39,443 nucleotides of DNA from Chrysochromulina tobinii (GCA_001275005.1 JWZX01003281.1:1-39443); one strand, 5' to 3'. Numbered from the stretch's first letter, positions 27,885 through 38,414 are shown. Numbers and translations are program-made. Notes: generated by a model from the letters alone, not told the origin.

Positions 27885-29120
27885 TCAGAAGAAGAAGGGG
27901 TCGGGGCCAAACGAGTTGGTGAACTGCTGCGAGGTCGCATGTACCTTCTTGGTCGGGTCGGGGCCGTTGGCGCCGAGCATGGTGGCCTTCGACTTGGTGC
28001 CTAGCGGGAAGGACGAGACGGGCTGTGGCGGCGCCACGCCGAGACGCGCCGTAGTGCCATGCGACACCGACGCGCGCAGCATCTGCTCTGCCGGGTTGGA
28101 CAGAGCGCGGTTGCTCGCCATCACGGCGAGTGCGGCCCGACTAGGTTCGGGGCCGGAGCCGGGGCCGGGCTGCCCAAGGCGGCGCGCGCTGCCGCCAGGA
28201 GGCCCGTGATGGTCGAGGGTGGCCAGCTGCTTTTGCATCTGCATGTGCCGCCATGTTTGCTCCTTCATCTGTGCCTCACTGTACGCCGCGGGCGGAGCAT
28301 AGCCCACCGCATGGGGCGCCGACGGACCTGAGGTCGCGAAGTGGGCCGCCTTCGCCTGTGCGTACGGCGCCTCCTGCGCAAACTCGTCCTGCACGCGCGC
28401 GGACGAGGGTGGCTGCGGCGGCTGCGGCGGCTGCGGCGGCTGCAGCTCGAGCTCGGGCGGGGGGTGCTCACGGTGGGGGCGCGAGAGGCAGAGCAGGAAG
28501 TCGGAAAATGGCGGGAATCCCTCGGGCGCGACGTCGCAGCGGGCCAGCAGCTCCGCCAGCCCATCCACAGAGATCTCGAGGCCGCACGCATTGAGCGCTG
28601 CGAGCGCCGCTCCCTCCTGCGTGTTGCCGTCCTCGTCACGCGGAAGCGTGGGCATCGTGCTCGCGAGGAACTCGTAGGCTGGCCAGATGGGATGATTGCC
28701 GTGCAATGGCGGTGGCGCCATCATCGGCGCTGTCGGTGCCGTCGGCGCCGTGCTCGCGCTGCTGTACAGCAAGTCCTTGACCCCGGTGTCATGTTGCGAG
28801 CGGTGGATCTGATAGTTCGGGTGCTGGTACTCCGTGCGCTTCTCGGTGCGCTTATGACCTATGGGCAGGTCAGCGCCCGATCGCTTTCCAGCGTGCCAGC
28901 TCGGCATTTGCATCGGCGGCGGACCGTTCTCGAAGCGCTCCATGGCCGTGTTCTGCGTGCGCTCAATCACAGAGTGGTGTGTCACGCCACCGCCCGGACC
29001 GAAATAGAGCGGGTTGTCGACGGAGGTCTGGGTAGGTGCCTGCGGGACGATGCGCCTGCCGCCGCGCACGGGTGCTGCGGCGCGCCCATAGTCGAAAATG
29101 ATCGAACCGGCGGGGTCCAT
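27885..29120 (-). CDS. Hypothetical Pro/Ala-rich protein (~411 aa) with a degenerate EF-hand-like pair
   Basis: The first ATG is at 29120; the ORF track start at 29186 is TTG. The segment RDEDGNTQEGAALAALNACGLEISVDGLAELLARCDVAPEGFPPFSDFLLCL resembles a calmodulin-like helix-loop-helix pair. Confidence 0.6.
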   Translation of the reverse strand: MDPAGSIIFDYGRAAAPVRGGRRIVPQAPTQTSVDNPLYFGPGGGVTHHSVIERTQNTAMERFENGPPPMQMPSWHAGKRSGADLPIGHKRTEKRTEYQHPNYQIHRSQHDTGVKDLLYSSASTAPTAPTAPMMAPPPLHGNHPIWPAYEFLASTMPTLPRDEDGNTQEGAALAALNACGLEISVDGLAELLARCDVAPEGFPPFSDFLLCLSRPHREHPPPELELQPPQPPQPPQPPSSARVQDEFAQEAPYAQAKAAHFATSGPSAPHAVGYAPPAAYSEAQMKEQTWRHMQMQKQLATLDHHGPPGGSARRLGQPGPGSGPEPSRAALAVMASNRALSNPAEQMLRASVSHGTTARLGVAPPQPVSSFPLGTKSKATMLGANGPDPTKKVHATSQQFTNSFGPDPFFF

Positions 29121-29189
29121 GTTGCACCCGATGCGATCGACCGTTTGTTCTCTCAGAAACAGATCACGAGTTCCACGATTCCACAAGGA

Positions 29190-29924
29190 GCCACCTTTTA
29201 CGCGTGTGGCACCTTAACATTTGAGTGGTGCACGTTTGGTCGCGCAGAGGACGGAAACACAAATAATCTCCCGCGGAGCTGCTTTGTGCCAGGCCTTCGC
29301 CTTTCAGCAGCCGAACTGTCGGAGCATTCCGCCACAGAGCCCTCTGCAGCTGAGCTGCGAGCGATACAACGCCGTGCGCGCGTGTTGGAGCGGAAGCAGA
29401 AGCGTGAGCAGCGATCGCGTCAGCCGCGGTCGCTGGCATCTGTAAGCGACGACGAGCATGGCGGCGAGGAGCAGGAAGTCGAGGACGAGGGTGCGGCACC
29501 ACTGCTCGAGGTCCGACCATCGCTGATACCGAACGCTGGCAATGGCCTCTTCCTTTGCTCGCGGGTCGTTCGTGCCGGAACAACCTTGGTCGAGGAGGAG
29601 GCTGTTGCCATCCGGCGGCAGGAGGCCAAACAGATCCTCAACATGCCAGAGTGGCGCGGGCTTCAGCCGGTCATACAAGCCAATGGAAACGCTTTCCTGG
29701 ACATTCGGAAGCTCAAGCTCTACAAGTGCAACCATAGCGCCTCGACGAGTCCCAAGTGCAATGCGTGCGTCACCCAGACAGGCCCGGCGCGGCTGACTCT
29801 GACCGCGCGGCGGGACATCTGGCGAGGCGAGGAGATCTTATGGGAGTACTCGCCGACCATGCAGGATAGCTACTTCAAGCCAGTTACAGTTCCCACTCCC
29901 AGACCCAGTGATGATGATCGCTGA
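29190..29924 (+). CDS. SET-domain protein (lysine methyltransferase-like); start codon unresolved
   Basis: LEVRPSLIPNAGNGLF (motif I), KCNHS (NHS motif) and TARRDIWRGEEILWEY (GEEL-x-x-x-Y). The upstream part of ORF 28341..29924 is antisense to the neighbouring gene. Confidence 0.7.
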   Translation, partial: ATFYACGTLTFEWCTFGRAEDGNTNNLPRSCFVPGLRLSAAELSEHSATEPSAAELRAIQRRARVLERKQKREQRSRQPRSLASVSDDEHGGEEQEVEDEGAAPLLEVRPSLIPNAGNGLFLCSRVVRAGTTLVEEEAVAIRRQEAKQILNMPEWRGLQPVIQANGNAFLDIRKLKLYKCNHSASTSPKCNACVTQTGPARLTLTARRDIWRGEEILWEYSPTMQDSYFKPVTVPTPRPSDDDR

Positions 29925-30158
29925 GTGTTCAGAGACAGTTTCACATGTCTCATCATACATGTATCCGATCCGGCATCCGGAAAGCGTTATGTGGCACCGT
30001 GCTGGATAGCCATCGCGCAGGCGCAGGAGACCTCTCCCTCAATGACTGGTGGCCGAGGCGCGGTCGTTCTAAGAGCTGACCTGTTCGTATTCTCACCGGT
30101 GTCCGCCATACAATTGTAGTGTGGCCGAGCTGACCAATTTTCGCATGCTCGGTCTTCT

Positions 30159-31376
30159 ATGGCGAGCAGCACAAGAACTCCTTTGCCGACGCGCATCGGC
30201 ACATGGGTCTCGCTCTCTGACCTGGACGCCGGCCGTCGATCGCAGCGACTTGCGGCGCTCCAAGCGCTCGAGAGCGGCCTGCGCACGGACGGCTGGGTTC
30301 GCGTGGCATGGACGGGCGGTGGCACCACTGACCGGCTCTATGCGGCGGCAAAGGCACTGCTGGAACACCCAGCGCGAGAGCGCTATCAGCAGAGCGTGCT
30401 GCATGGAGTAGAGGGGTCGCCACTCGGCTTAACCTATTATGCAATTGGCGATGAGCCGCTGTACCAGGCAAGTACCAAGCGCCAGCGCGTGCGGTCGCTC
30501 AACATGCACGAGGAGCGCACGCCGGAAGAGTGCGACGCGCGGGCCGTGGCGTACGTGGCGGGCTCGTACGACGCGGAGGAGCGCGCGCTCGCGCACGCCT
30601 TTCACGCGTGGCCCTCTGATCCGGACGTGGCCGAGCTACGCTCGGCGGCGGCCGCGTTTCGGCACGCTTTGACCGACGAGGTGGCCGCGCCGCTGCGGCG
30701 TGCCTTCGGCGCTTTGCTCGGCCTGGATGCGGACTACCTGTGCTCGCGCTGCCAGGGCCTCCGGTCGGACAACACCTCCCTGCTGCGCGTGCTCGAGTAC
30801 CCTCCTGCCCATCTCGACGGCGAGGTCCACGACGAGACCGAGACGATGGGCGTGAGTGAGCACACCGACTTTGAGCTGTTTAGCCTGCTGCACGAGCAGG
30901 CGCGTGGGCTGCAGCTGTGCGACCCGAGCGGCGTGTGGCACGAGCCCGCGCCGAGCGACGGCGGTGGCGCTTGGGTCGTCATCGTGGGGGATATGTACGC
31001 GCGGCTCAGCGGGGGGTTCTGTGCAGCCACACCGCACCGAGTGCCGCCGACCGTGCCGCGGGCAGCGGCTTCGCGCCACTCAATGGTCTTCTTCCAGGGA
31101 CTGGACGAGCACGAGGCAGTGGTCCCCGTGTTCCCTTCGGTGGCTCGGCGCTCTCCGACTGGGGGCTATCGTCGCTGGGAGGAGGCGGGCGGCGCGGGCG
31201 GCGGCCAACGTCCAGCAGGGCACGAGGCGATCCCGACCCTCCCGACTGAAGCCGTGCCGATCACCCAGCGCGAGTGGACCGAGTGGAAAGAGCAGGCTGC
31301 GCGTGAGAGATTGAAGTTGACGGGCCAACCATGGGCCCAATTGCATCATGATGACGAGAAAGACGAGGAACGATAG
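30159..31376 (+). CDS. 2-oxoglutarate/Fe(II)-dependent dioxygenase, IPNS/DIOX-like (405 aa)
   Basis: LRVLEYP, HxD (EHTDFELFSLL), GLQL, VVIVGDM, distal His (ATPHRV) and RxS (RHSMVFF). Confidence 0.88.
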   Translation: MASSTRTPLPTRIGTWVSLSDLDAGRRSQRLAALQALESGLRTDGWVRVAWTGGGTTDRLYAAAKALLEHPARERYQQSVLHGVEGSPLGLTYYAIGDEPLYQASTKRQRVRSLNMHEERTPEECDARAVAYVAGSYDAEERALAHAFHAWPSDPDVAELRSAAAAFRHALTDEVAAPLRRAFGALLGLDADYLCSRCQGLRSDNTSLLRVLEYPPAHLDGEVHDETETMGVSEHTDFELFSLLHEQARGLQLCDPSGVWHEPAPSDGGGAWVVIVGDMYARLSGGFCAATPHRVPPTVPRAAASRHSMVFFQGLDEHEAVVPVFPSVARRSPTGGYRRWEEAGGAGGGQRPAGHEAIPTLPTEAVPITQREWTEWKEQAARERLKLTGQPWAQLHHDDEKDEER

Positions 31377-31681
31377 AGTGAATCGAGTCTGAGCGAGTTG
31401 TGAACAATTGTCAACGTCTCTCGATCAAATTCAGGGATTCGTGCCTTTGAAAAGTACCCGGTACTACCCGGAAGTGCGGGTGGACCGCGACACTAGTGAG
31501 TGAGTACCGGTACCGCGGACTACATGTAGGACCGATGACAGGACGTGATTGCAGTTGATTGCCCGGCTGTCGGCGTGCGGTGCGCCGCGGCCGAGAGCGC
31601 CGACGGCCTCTCGTCGGCCTCCTCCTGACCCTTCGTCATCGCCCGCGCAGGCTGTGCAACACCTCTTCCAACTAAGCAGCC

Positions 31682-32347
31682 ATGGCCAACCCGATTGCAA
31701 CGTTTTCCACGACCATGGGCGACATCAAATGTGAGATCTTCCTCGACAAGATGCCCATCACCGCCTCCAACTTCATCGACCTCGCCCAGTCGGGCTTCTA
31801 CAATGGCCTGCACTTCCACCGTGTCATCCCCGATTTCATGGACCAGGTGTCATGCTCAGCCCAAGAAGCGCCCGCAATTTGCGTTGCGCGCCACCAAGAT
31901 ATGCTCACCTCACCACGTGTGTCCGACTCCCCGGCTGGCTGCTAGTTTGGCTGCCCATACTCAAAGGACCCGAAGTCCCAACAAGCAGGCACCGGCGGCC
32001 CGCCGGACGGCACCTTCAAGAACCTCGTCACCGGCGCCATCGAGAAGCGCTCCAATGGCGGCAACATCAAGGACGAGTACGCGGCCAAGATCTCCAACGA
32101 GCCGGGCACCCTCAGCATGGCGAACACGGGCCAGCCCAACTCTGGCGGCTCGCAGTTCTTCATGAACACGGTGCACAACGACTTCCTCGACTGGTTCTCG
32201 CCGGGCGAGTCCAAGCACCCCGTCTTCGGAAAGGCCATTGACAAGGCCTCGTTCGACATCATGGTGAAGATCTCGATGGTGAGGACCAAAGATGACTGCC
32301 CTATCCAGCCGATCCAGATGAAGTCGGTCACCATCAGCGGCCTGTAA
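31682..32347 (+). CDS. Cyclophilin-type peptidyl-prolyl cis-trans isomerase (~188 aa), 2 exons: 31682-31846, 31946-32347
   Basis: [48 protein letters not shown] and KHPVFGK. The 99-nt GT..TAG intron is 31847-31945. Confidence 0.95.
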
Positions 32348-32724
32348 GCGGATGGCACTGCATCGGTGCCATGCGGGTCGGCACATTGCTTAATCAGAGC
32401 ATAAGGATCTCGGCGATGAGAGTTGCTCGAGGCACTGATTGGGCAAAATTCGGACTTTCGGAGGCGAGGTGGGACACGCACACTTGACTTCAGTGTTCAG
32501 AGTGACCAATGTGAGGGGATGTCAAACAGTACTCATCAGCGTACAATGATTAGCGGCCATGTATCCGGTAAGCGAACTGGTCGTACTGGGGCAGTGATCG
32601 TAGTAAGTAAAGATGCGGTACGGGTCGAAACTTTTGACGGTTCAAACTTCGCGTGGTACCACGTGTTTAAGTGTTATATACCACGTGTTTTTAGTGTTAA
32701 CGTTCACACACGATCAGCCCGTAA

Positions 32725-33579
32725 ATGCCAAGGTTGCACTGCTTCACGTCCCGCTTGGCGCGCACCATTGGCGCGCGGCGTATGCTGTGCACGTCCACGC
32801 TGGGCGCGTCGGGCACACTGCGCGTGCGCGGCGTCGATCTCTTCTACATCAAAAATGGGCGCGAGACTGATATGCCACTGCTGTGCATGCCAGGCGCAAT
32901 GGGCACCGCGGAGACCGACTTTGCGCCGCAGTTGACGGGCCTGTCCGATACGACACAGGTCATCTCGTTCGACCCGCGCGGATACGGCCGATCGCGCCCG
33001 CCGGCGCGCGAGTTTCCGATCGATTTTTACCAGCAGGACGCTGACGACGCAGCAGCACTCATGAAGGCACTTGGCCATGAGCGCTACGCTCTCATGGGCT
33101 GGTCGGACGGCGCAATCAGCGCGGTCATGCATGCTGCGTCGAACCCGGCCACCGTCGCGAAATTGATCATCTTTGGCGGAAACGCGTACCTCACGAAGAA
33201 GGACATCGACGCCTTCGAAGCCACTCGCAACGTCGAGGCGACGTGGTCAAGGAGGCAGAAGGAGACGCACTATCCAATTTACGGCGCTGAGGGGCTGCAG
33301 AAGATGTGGGGTTCGGCTTGTGACGCGTGGGCCGCGATCTACGAGCACAGCCAGGGCGACGTGTGCATGCGGCAGGCCAAGTCGATCACGTGCCCGACGA
33401 TGGTGCTGCACGGAGCCAAAGATCCGATCTGCCTCCCTGAGCATGCCGAGTGGTTCAAGGCCAATATTCCTGGCGATGGCGCCACCTCGCTGCACGTCTT
33501 GCCCGAGGGCAAGCACAACCTGCACATCCGATTTGCGGACGAAGTCAACGGTCTGGTGCGAGACTTTCTCAAGCGATGA
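32725..33579 (+). CDS. BPHL: Alpha/beta hydrolase, valacyclovir hydrolase (BPHL)-like, with a mitochondrial-type leader (284 aa)
   Basis: PGAMG, DFAPQL, DPRGYGRSRPP, nucleophile elbow GWSDG, HGAKD and GKHNLH. The N-terminus is Arg-rich and lacks acidic residues. Confidence 0.85.
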   Translation: MPRLHCFTSRLARTIGARRMLCTSTLGASGTLRVRGVDLFYIKNGRETDMPLLCMPGAMGTAETDFAPQLTGLSDTTQVISFDPRGYGRSRPPAREFPIDFYQQDADDAAALMKALGHERYALMGWSDGAISAVMHAASNPATVAKLIIFGGNAYLTKKDIDAFEATRNVEATWSRRQKETHYPIYGAEGLQKMWGSACDAWAAIYEHSQGDVCMRQAKSITCPTMVLHGAKDPICLPEHAEWFKANIPGDGATSLHVLPEGKHNLHIRFADEVNGLVRDFLKR

Positions 33580-34056
33580 CTCCGCAGTCCGCACCGCCAG
33601 GTGTAGGAATTCAATCCGAGTCCGCAGCGCGGAAGATTCGTAATTTCAGTCGCGTAATTTTGTATGAGCGTGAACCGTCATTGCAGTCAGGTATGACTCA
33701 TTTTTTCGGATTATTCGTTACGCGACGGCTGTGCGTCGTCCGGTCGTCGCCTTCTTGTGATATGACAATCGTGAGCGTGTGTCCCGCGCCGGCATGGACC
33801 CGATGTTGGAGCGCGTGTGGAGACGGGACGTGCACGCGCGGGACTCGCCGTGGGGGGAAACAAAGGGAGCGGGCCCCGCGCGTTTGAGTGCATGCACTCG
33901 ACTACGCGGATGCTCTCGTCTCGCCCCCGAAACACGTCGCGTGCATGCAAGCACGCCCTCATTACCGCACAAGGACGTTCCGCCTATCTGGTATCTGCCA
34001 TCGGGGATCGCGCCCATAGGCGGGAGCCCATCGACATCCGAACAAGGTGACCCCGC

Positions 34057-36037
34057 TCATCTGCGAGGCTCGAGGTTGACGACCCTTGCGAGCAGGAGCT
34101 CCTCGTGTGCGGGCGAGCGAAGGACGCGGCTGACCTTGAGCTGCTGGGGACTCGAGCCCTCGCTCAACCGGCACTCACGCAGTGCCTCGAAGCTGCCCGG
34201 CGCCACCTCGAAGACCTGGCAGGGCCCGATGGCACCCTTGGCTCGCCACGTCGCGTAGATTGGATTCGCGCGACCCAGAGCGGCGTCGAGGGTGGCGGGC
34301 GCTCCCGCTGCGAGCGCTGGTGCACCGGCGGCGCGCTCGATGAAGATGCGGTAGAAGGGCAGGCCGCGGGATGGGATAGCCTCCACAGTAGTATATTCCA
34401 TCAAGGTGCGCCCGTCGAACGTGGCAGACAGTGCGGCCGCGAGCTGCGGCTCCGAAGTCTTCTCCCCGCGCAGGTTGAGCAGCTGGCCACGCCTGTAGCG
34501 GAACTCTACCAATGGCGCCGTGCCGTGCCTGCCCACGACACGCACCACGTCGCCGATCCGGTAGCGGCACAACCCGCCTAGCGTCGTTACGACCAGCTCG
34601 TAGTCCGTGTTCAGAGCCACCTCGTGCGCAAGCAGCGTCTGGTCGGCCACCGCACTGCCCCCGTGGTCACCACTAGCATGGCTGCTTCCGCCGCCACCGC
34701 CGTCAACGCCGCTGCTGCCGCTACTGCTGCTGCCGCTGCTGCTTAGCGGCAGGAACTCAAAGAACATCGCGCTCGGGACCAGGCAGTAAGCCGACCTGCC
34801 ATCAAGCGAGGGTGAGAGCGCCACACCCATCAGCCCCTCGGACGCCGCGTAGACCGTGCTCAGGATGGGCACGCCGGCCGCGCTGCCCGCGCGCAGCTTC
34901 TCGGCATAGGACTCGAAGGCGCCCGTAGCATTGGCGAGAATGAGGCGCAACTTGGGCCAGACGCGGCGAGCGAGGCCGGTTGGCTCCCCCGAGCGCAGCG
35001 CTTCGCGCAGCGCCGCCGCGCGGCCGCCGTCTTCACCGCCCAGCGCCGCCTCGAGCGCCGCGACTTTGGCGGGATCGGAGATCCGTGCGGCAATCTGGCA
35101 GTTGATGGTGCCCCTCGCGATGTCGTCAGCTATGGACTCTCCCTGCTCCTCGAGCAGATTGAGAAGCCGGAAGGGCAGGTTGACGAAGTTGGCCTCCAGG
35201 ATGCCTAGCTTCGCGTCCTTGGCGGCAAAGAGGGCGTGCACGTACAGCGCCGCGCCCTCGTCGTGAGAGATCTCGTATCTGCCGTGTCAGGCAAGTGCGA
35301 TGGCAATCAGAGGCCATCAGACGGCGGTGATCAGATGGCAAGCTCGAGATCTCTCACCCAACCGAAGGTGTCGAATATAGGAGGAGGAGACGACGGAAGG
35401 CTTTGTCGTTGGGATTGGACGAGTTGGGCCCGATGCGCAGGCCGCCCTCTGCATACGTCCACGACGGCGCGAACGCCAGCTTGCACGTCTTCTGCAACTC
35501 GAAGCTCTCAGGTAGCGTGCGCCTGAGCGTGTCGAACACGACGAGGATACCATACTTGAAGAAGGCGGAGGCCATGACCTGAGTGTATGGCAAGAGCGCA
35601 CGTTGACCGGAGGTGCCCGAGGTGGCCGCCAGCATCGTCTCTGGCTCCTTGAGCAGCACGTTCGATTCACCCTTTGCGATCCGGTGCACCCATGGAGCCC
35701 AATCGCCATAGGTCGTGATCGGGTGCGATTTGCGAAAGGCGACGCACACGTCATCCGATTGAAGCATTTCACTAAATCCATGCGCCACTCCGTACGCGGT
35801 CGAAGCATTGGCCTCCAATTGCTTGGCGAGAACCATCCGCTGCACCGTTGCAAAGTCATCGCATTCCTTGTCGTGCCTTCGCCGTGCCTGCCATGCGAGG
35901 ACCTTCAAGACGTCCCAAACCAACATCTGCTTGACAGCTGTCTCAAAACTGTGCGACTCTGACTTTTCGAGGGCACATAATCTGGCAGCGTACACACACG
36001 TCGCTCCAGCTGCGCCGGCAGCGACTCGGCGAAGCAT
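34057..36037 (-). CDS. GH3-family acyl-acid amido synthetase / GHDC-like protein (~633 aa), 2 exons: 36037-35358, 35278-34057
   Basis: GH3 motifs ATSGTSG, YAASEG and YRIGD, plus GEKTSE and QLKVSRV. The 79-nt intron GTGAGA...CTGAC..GCAG (35357-35279) joins YSTPSVG to YEISHDEGAALYVHALF in phase. Confidence 0.9.
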
Positions 36038-36535
36038 TTTTCTCAAAGAAAGACAAGAATTTTCCCAGAATTTCCTCACTCGGGGAATTGACTGTGAATT
36101 CACCTGCACAGGTCCGGAGTTACCAGTCCTCCTCGGCGAGCCCGCGCGCCGCACCTCTCGACTCACGACGTCCTTCGCTCTGCATCCCAAAATGCCCGTT
36201 GAGGATCCCACCAGACGCTCTCACTCCATGCGCCACGCCCCTAGGGCCCCCTACCGCCATGCAAGGTGGCTGCTCCGCTCTGCCGAAGCTTCGTGCCGGC
36301 AGCTCCGCCACGCACCTTTCTCCCGTTGAGGAGATCAATCCCTCCGTGCGCTCCGCCTGCCCACGGTGCTGCCTGCTCTCGCGGCATCCCCTCCACTACC
36401 AGCCGCGGAGCTGAGGGGCGGTGGCGCTGAGGGGCGGCGGCGCTGTAGCGCGCCAGAGAAAGCCCCAGCTCGGTGCTCATGCACAGCGCTCTTTCACAGC
36501 CACACTGCTGGGAAGAGTCTCTCGCTCACTTTGGC

Positions 36536-38023
36536 TCACTCCGGCGCCGCCAGCTCGGCCGTCGCTGCGGCGACCTCGGCCACCTCCGCGGCCGCAGTGG
36601 CAACCTCGGCGGCCGCGGTCGCGATCTCAGAGGCAGCCACCATCGCGTCGCTCGCATGCACCAAGTGTGTGGCCTCCACCTGCATGGCGGCGACCGACGG
36701 ATCCTCCGCGAGCTCTGTGGGCGCGACAACGAGGGCGGGCGCGACAACCTGCGTGGTGGCGACGGGGTGGTGGCTGGCCGAGGCACCGCCTTCTTGTTTC
36801 GCCGTCTGGCGCAGGTACCGATTGCGCACTGCGTTGGCCGAGCGGCCCGGCAGGAAGTCGGCGATGACGTGCCATTTTTGGCCGTAGCGCTGCACCCCGT
36901 CGTTGATGAGGTCGTCCTCCGCTGTCGTCCACATGTCGCCTTTCTTGAGACTATCGCGCTGCGAGAGGTCGCCATTCTTCTTAGACAGGCGTAGGTAACG
37001 GTTTCGCACCGCGTCGTCGGTGCGCCCGCTGAGCGACTGGGCGATCACCGCCCACCGGGGCCCTGCATATGGCAGCAGCAGCACCATGAGCAGCACAGCG
37101 CATCGGTGTACCACGCGGGTGAGGTGGAGCGCACAGAGGGGTGGCGGGGGAGCGCGGCGGCTAGCCTCGCGTCGCCGCATCGAGCGCACGCGCGTTCGGG
37201 TCCAAATTTAGAACGCATGTGTACATTGAGAGCGCACGCGCGTGGAAGCGAGGAAGGGGAGCGGGCCGCGCACCCTTTTCCTTGTACGCCTCCATGATTT
37301 TCTCATCCTCATCACGGCTCCAGCCCTGCTTGGTCACAGAGCCGCTGCGACGCGAGGAGACCGGCTTCGCCGGCGGCGCGACAGCGGCGCCCGGGACGAC
37401 GGCCGCGTAGGAGGCCTGGCACATCATCATCGCCTGCAGCGCGGCGCCCGGAGGTGGCGGCGACATGCCGTACGCGGCATACGCGGCCGCGAGCTGCTCC
37501 TGCGTCACCTGAGCCATCAGCTGCGCACTCACTGGCACCGCCGTCGTCACGCCCGCTGGGTGCGAGAGCACCGTCGTCGCAATCGGCGGCATCCCCTCAT
37601 CGACGCCAGAAGCCTCGGCGGGCACGGTGGCAATTGCAGTGGTGGTTTCCACCTCCGTTGCCGCAGCCTCTGCCACCACAACCTCAGCAGTCAACGACTC
37701 GGCAACGTCACCAGCAGCAGGATCTGCTTTGGTCAGCCCCATGGCGTCGCGCAGAGCGTTGACGTTGGCGACGGTGCCGAATGAGCTCAGCGTATCCGCT
37801 GCGAGGGGCACCATCGGGCCGCGCGTCAACACATGAACATGCCCATCCATGGCTGCTTGGGGAGCGGCGCCGGAAAAGGAGGTGGCGGGGGAGTGTGGCA
37901 ATACTGCTGGGGGGAAGCCTCGGGGCGGGGATGCCGCACGGGGCCGAGCGGGGGCCATTGAAGGGGATGGAGCGCACCTGCGTCCGCTGCAGCGGCCTCC
38001 TGTGGCTTCGGCTCTTCGGCCAT
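36536..38023 (-). CDS. Myb-family transcription factor with two Myb repeats (~340 aa); proposed exons 38023-37978, 37723-37274, 37062-36536
   Basis: WSRDEDEKIMEAYKEKG|PRWAVIAQSLSGRTDDAVRNRY and WTTAEDDLINDGVQRYGQKWHVIADFLPGRSANAVRNRY. The phase-1 GTGCGC...CAG intron 37273-37063 is well supported; the first exon and intron are less certain. Confidence 0.82.
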
Positions 38024-38171
38024 TGCAAGGGCGGGGCAGGCAGCGCCAAGAAGGGCACGGCGGCGCTGCGGCGGTGGACGCGCCTGTCTGAACTCCTGTG
38101 TGTCAGTTTCACAGTGCTGTGGGGAAGAATTTCCATTTCCGTGTTTACAGTCGATCGCATTCATTCTGAGA

Positions 38172-38196
38172 GGGGGGGGGGAGGGGGGAGGGGGGG
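38172..38196 (+). other. G10-A-G6-A-G7 tract (potential G-quadruplex)
   Basis: Read directly; it lies ~150 bp upstream of the proposed Myb ATG. Confidence 0.6.
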
Positions 38197-38414
38197 TCCT
38201 CGGTTTTGATGTGTTTGGTGTGTTTGGTGCATCTTCGTGAAATGGAGGCGTGTTCCTCGCGGCTTCTCGTGGCCGAGCGGCGCACGAGAGTCGCGAAAGG
38301 CACCCCGGCGGCGGCCGCCGCTGCCGAGGAGGTGGCGGATCACGACGACGACTTGCCCGATCCCCTCGACGACTTGCCCGAGCGCGGCGAGGTGTGTTTT
38401 GGATGGTAACATCA

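Noticed and set aside
28341..29120. N-terminal half of the 527-aa plus-strand ORF as real protein
   Set aside because: It lies antisense to a more protein-like minus ORF and reads as a typical shadow frame. It is kept only as an open question for the SET start.
32348..32724. AT-richer segment as a possible mobile element or ncRNA
   Set aside because: No terminal repeats, tRNA fold or other structure was seen; it is consistent with an ordinary terminator/promoter interval.
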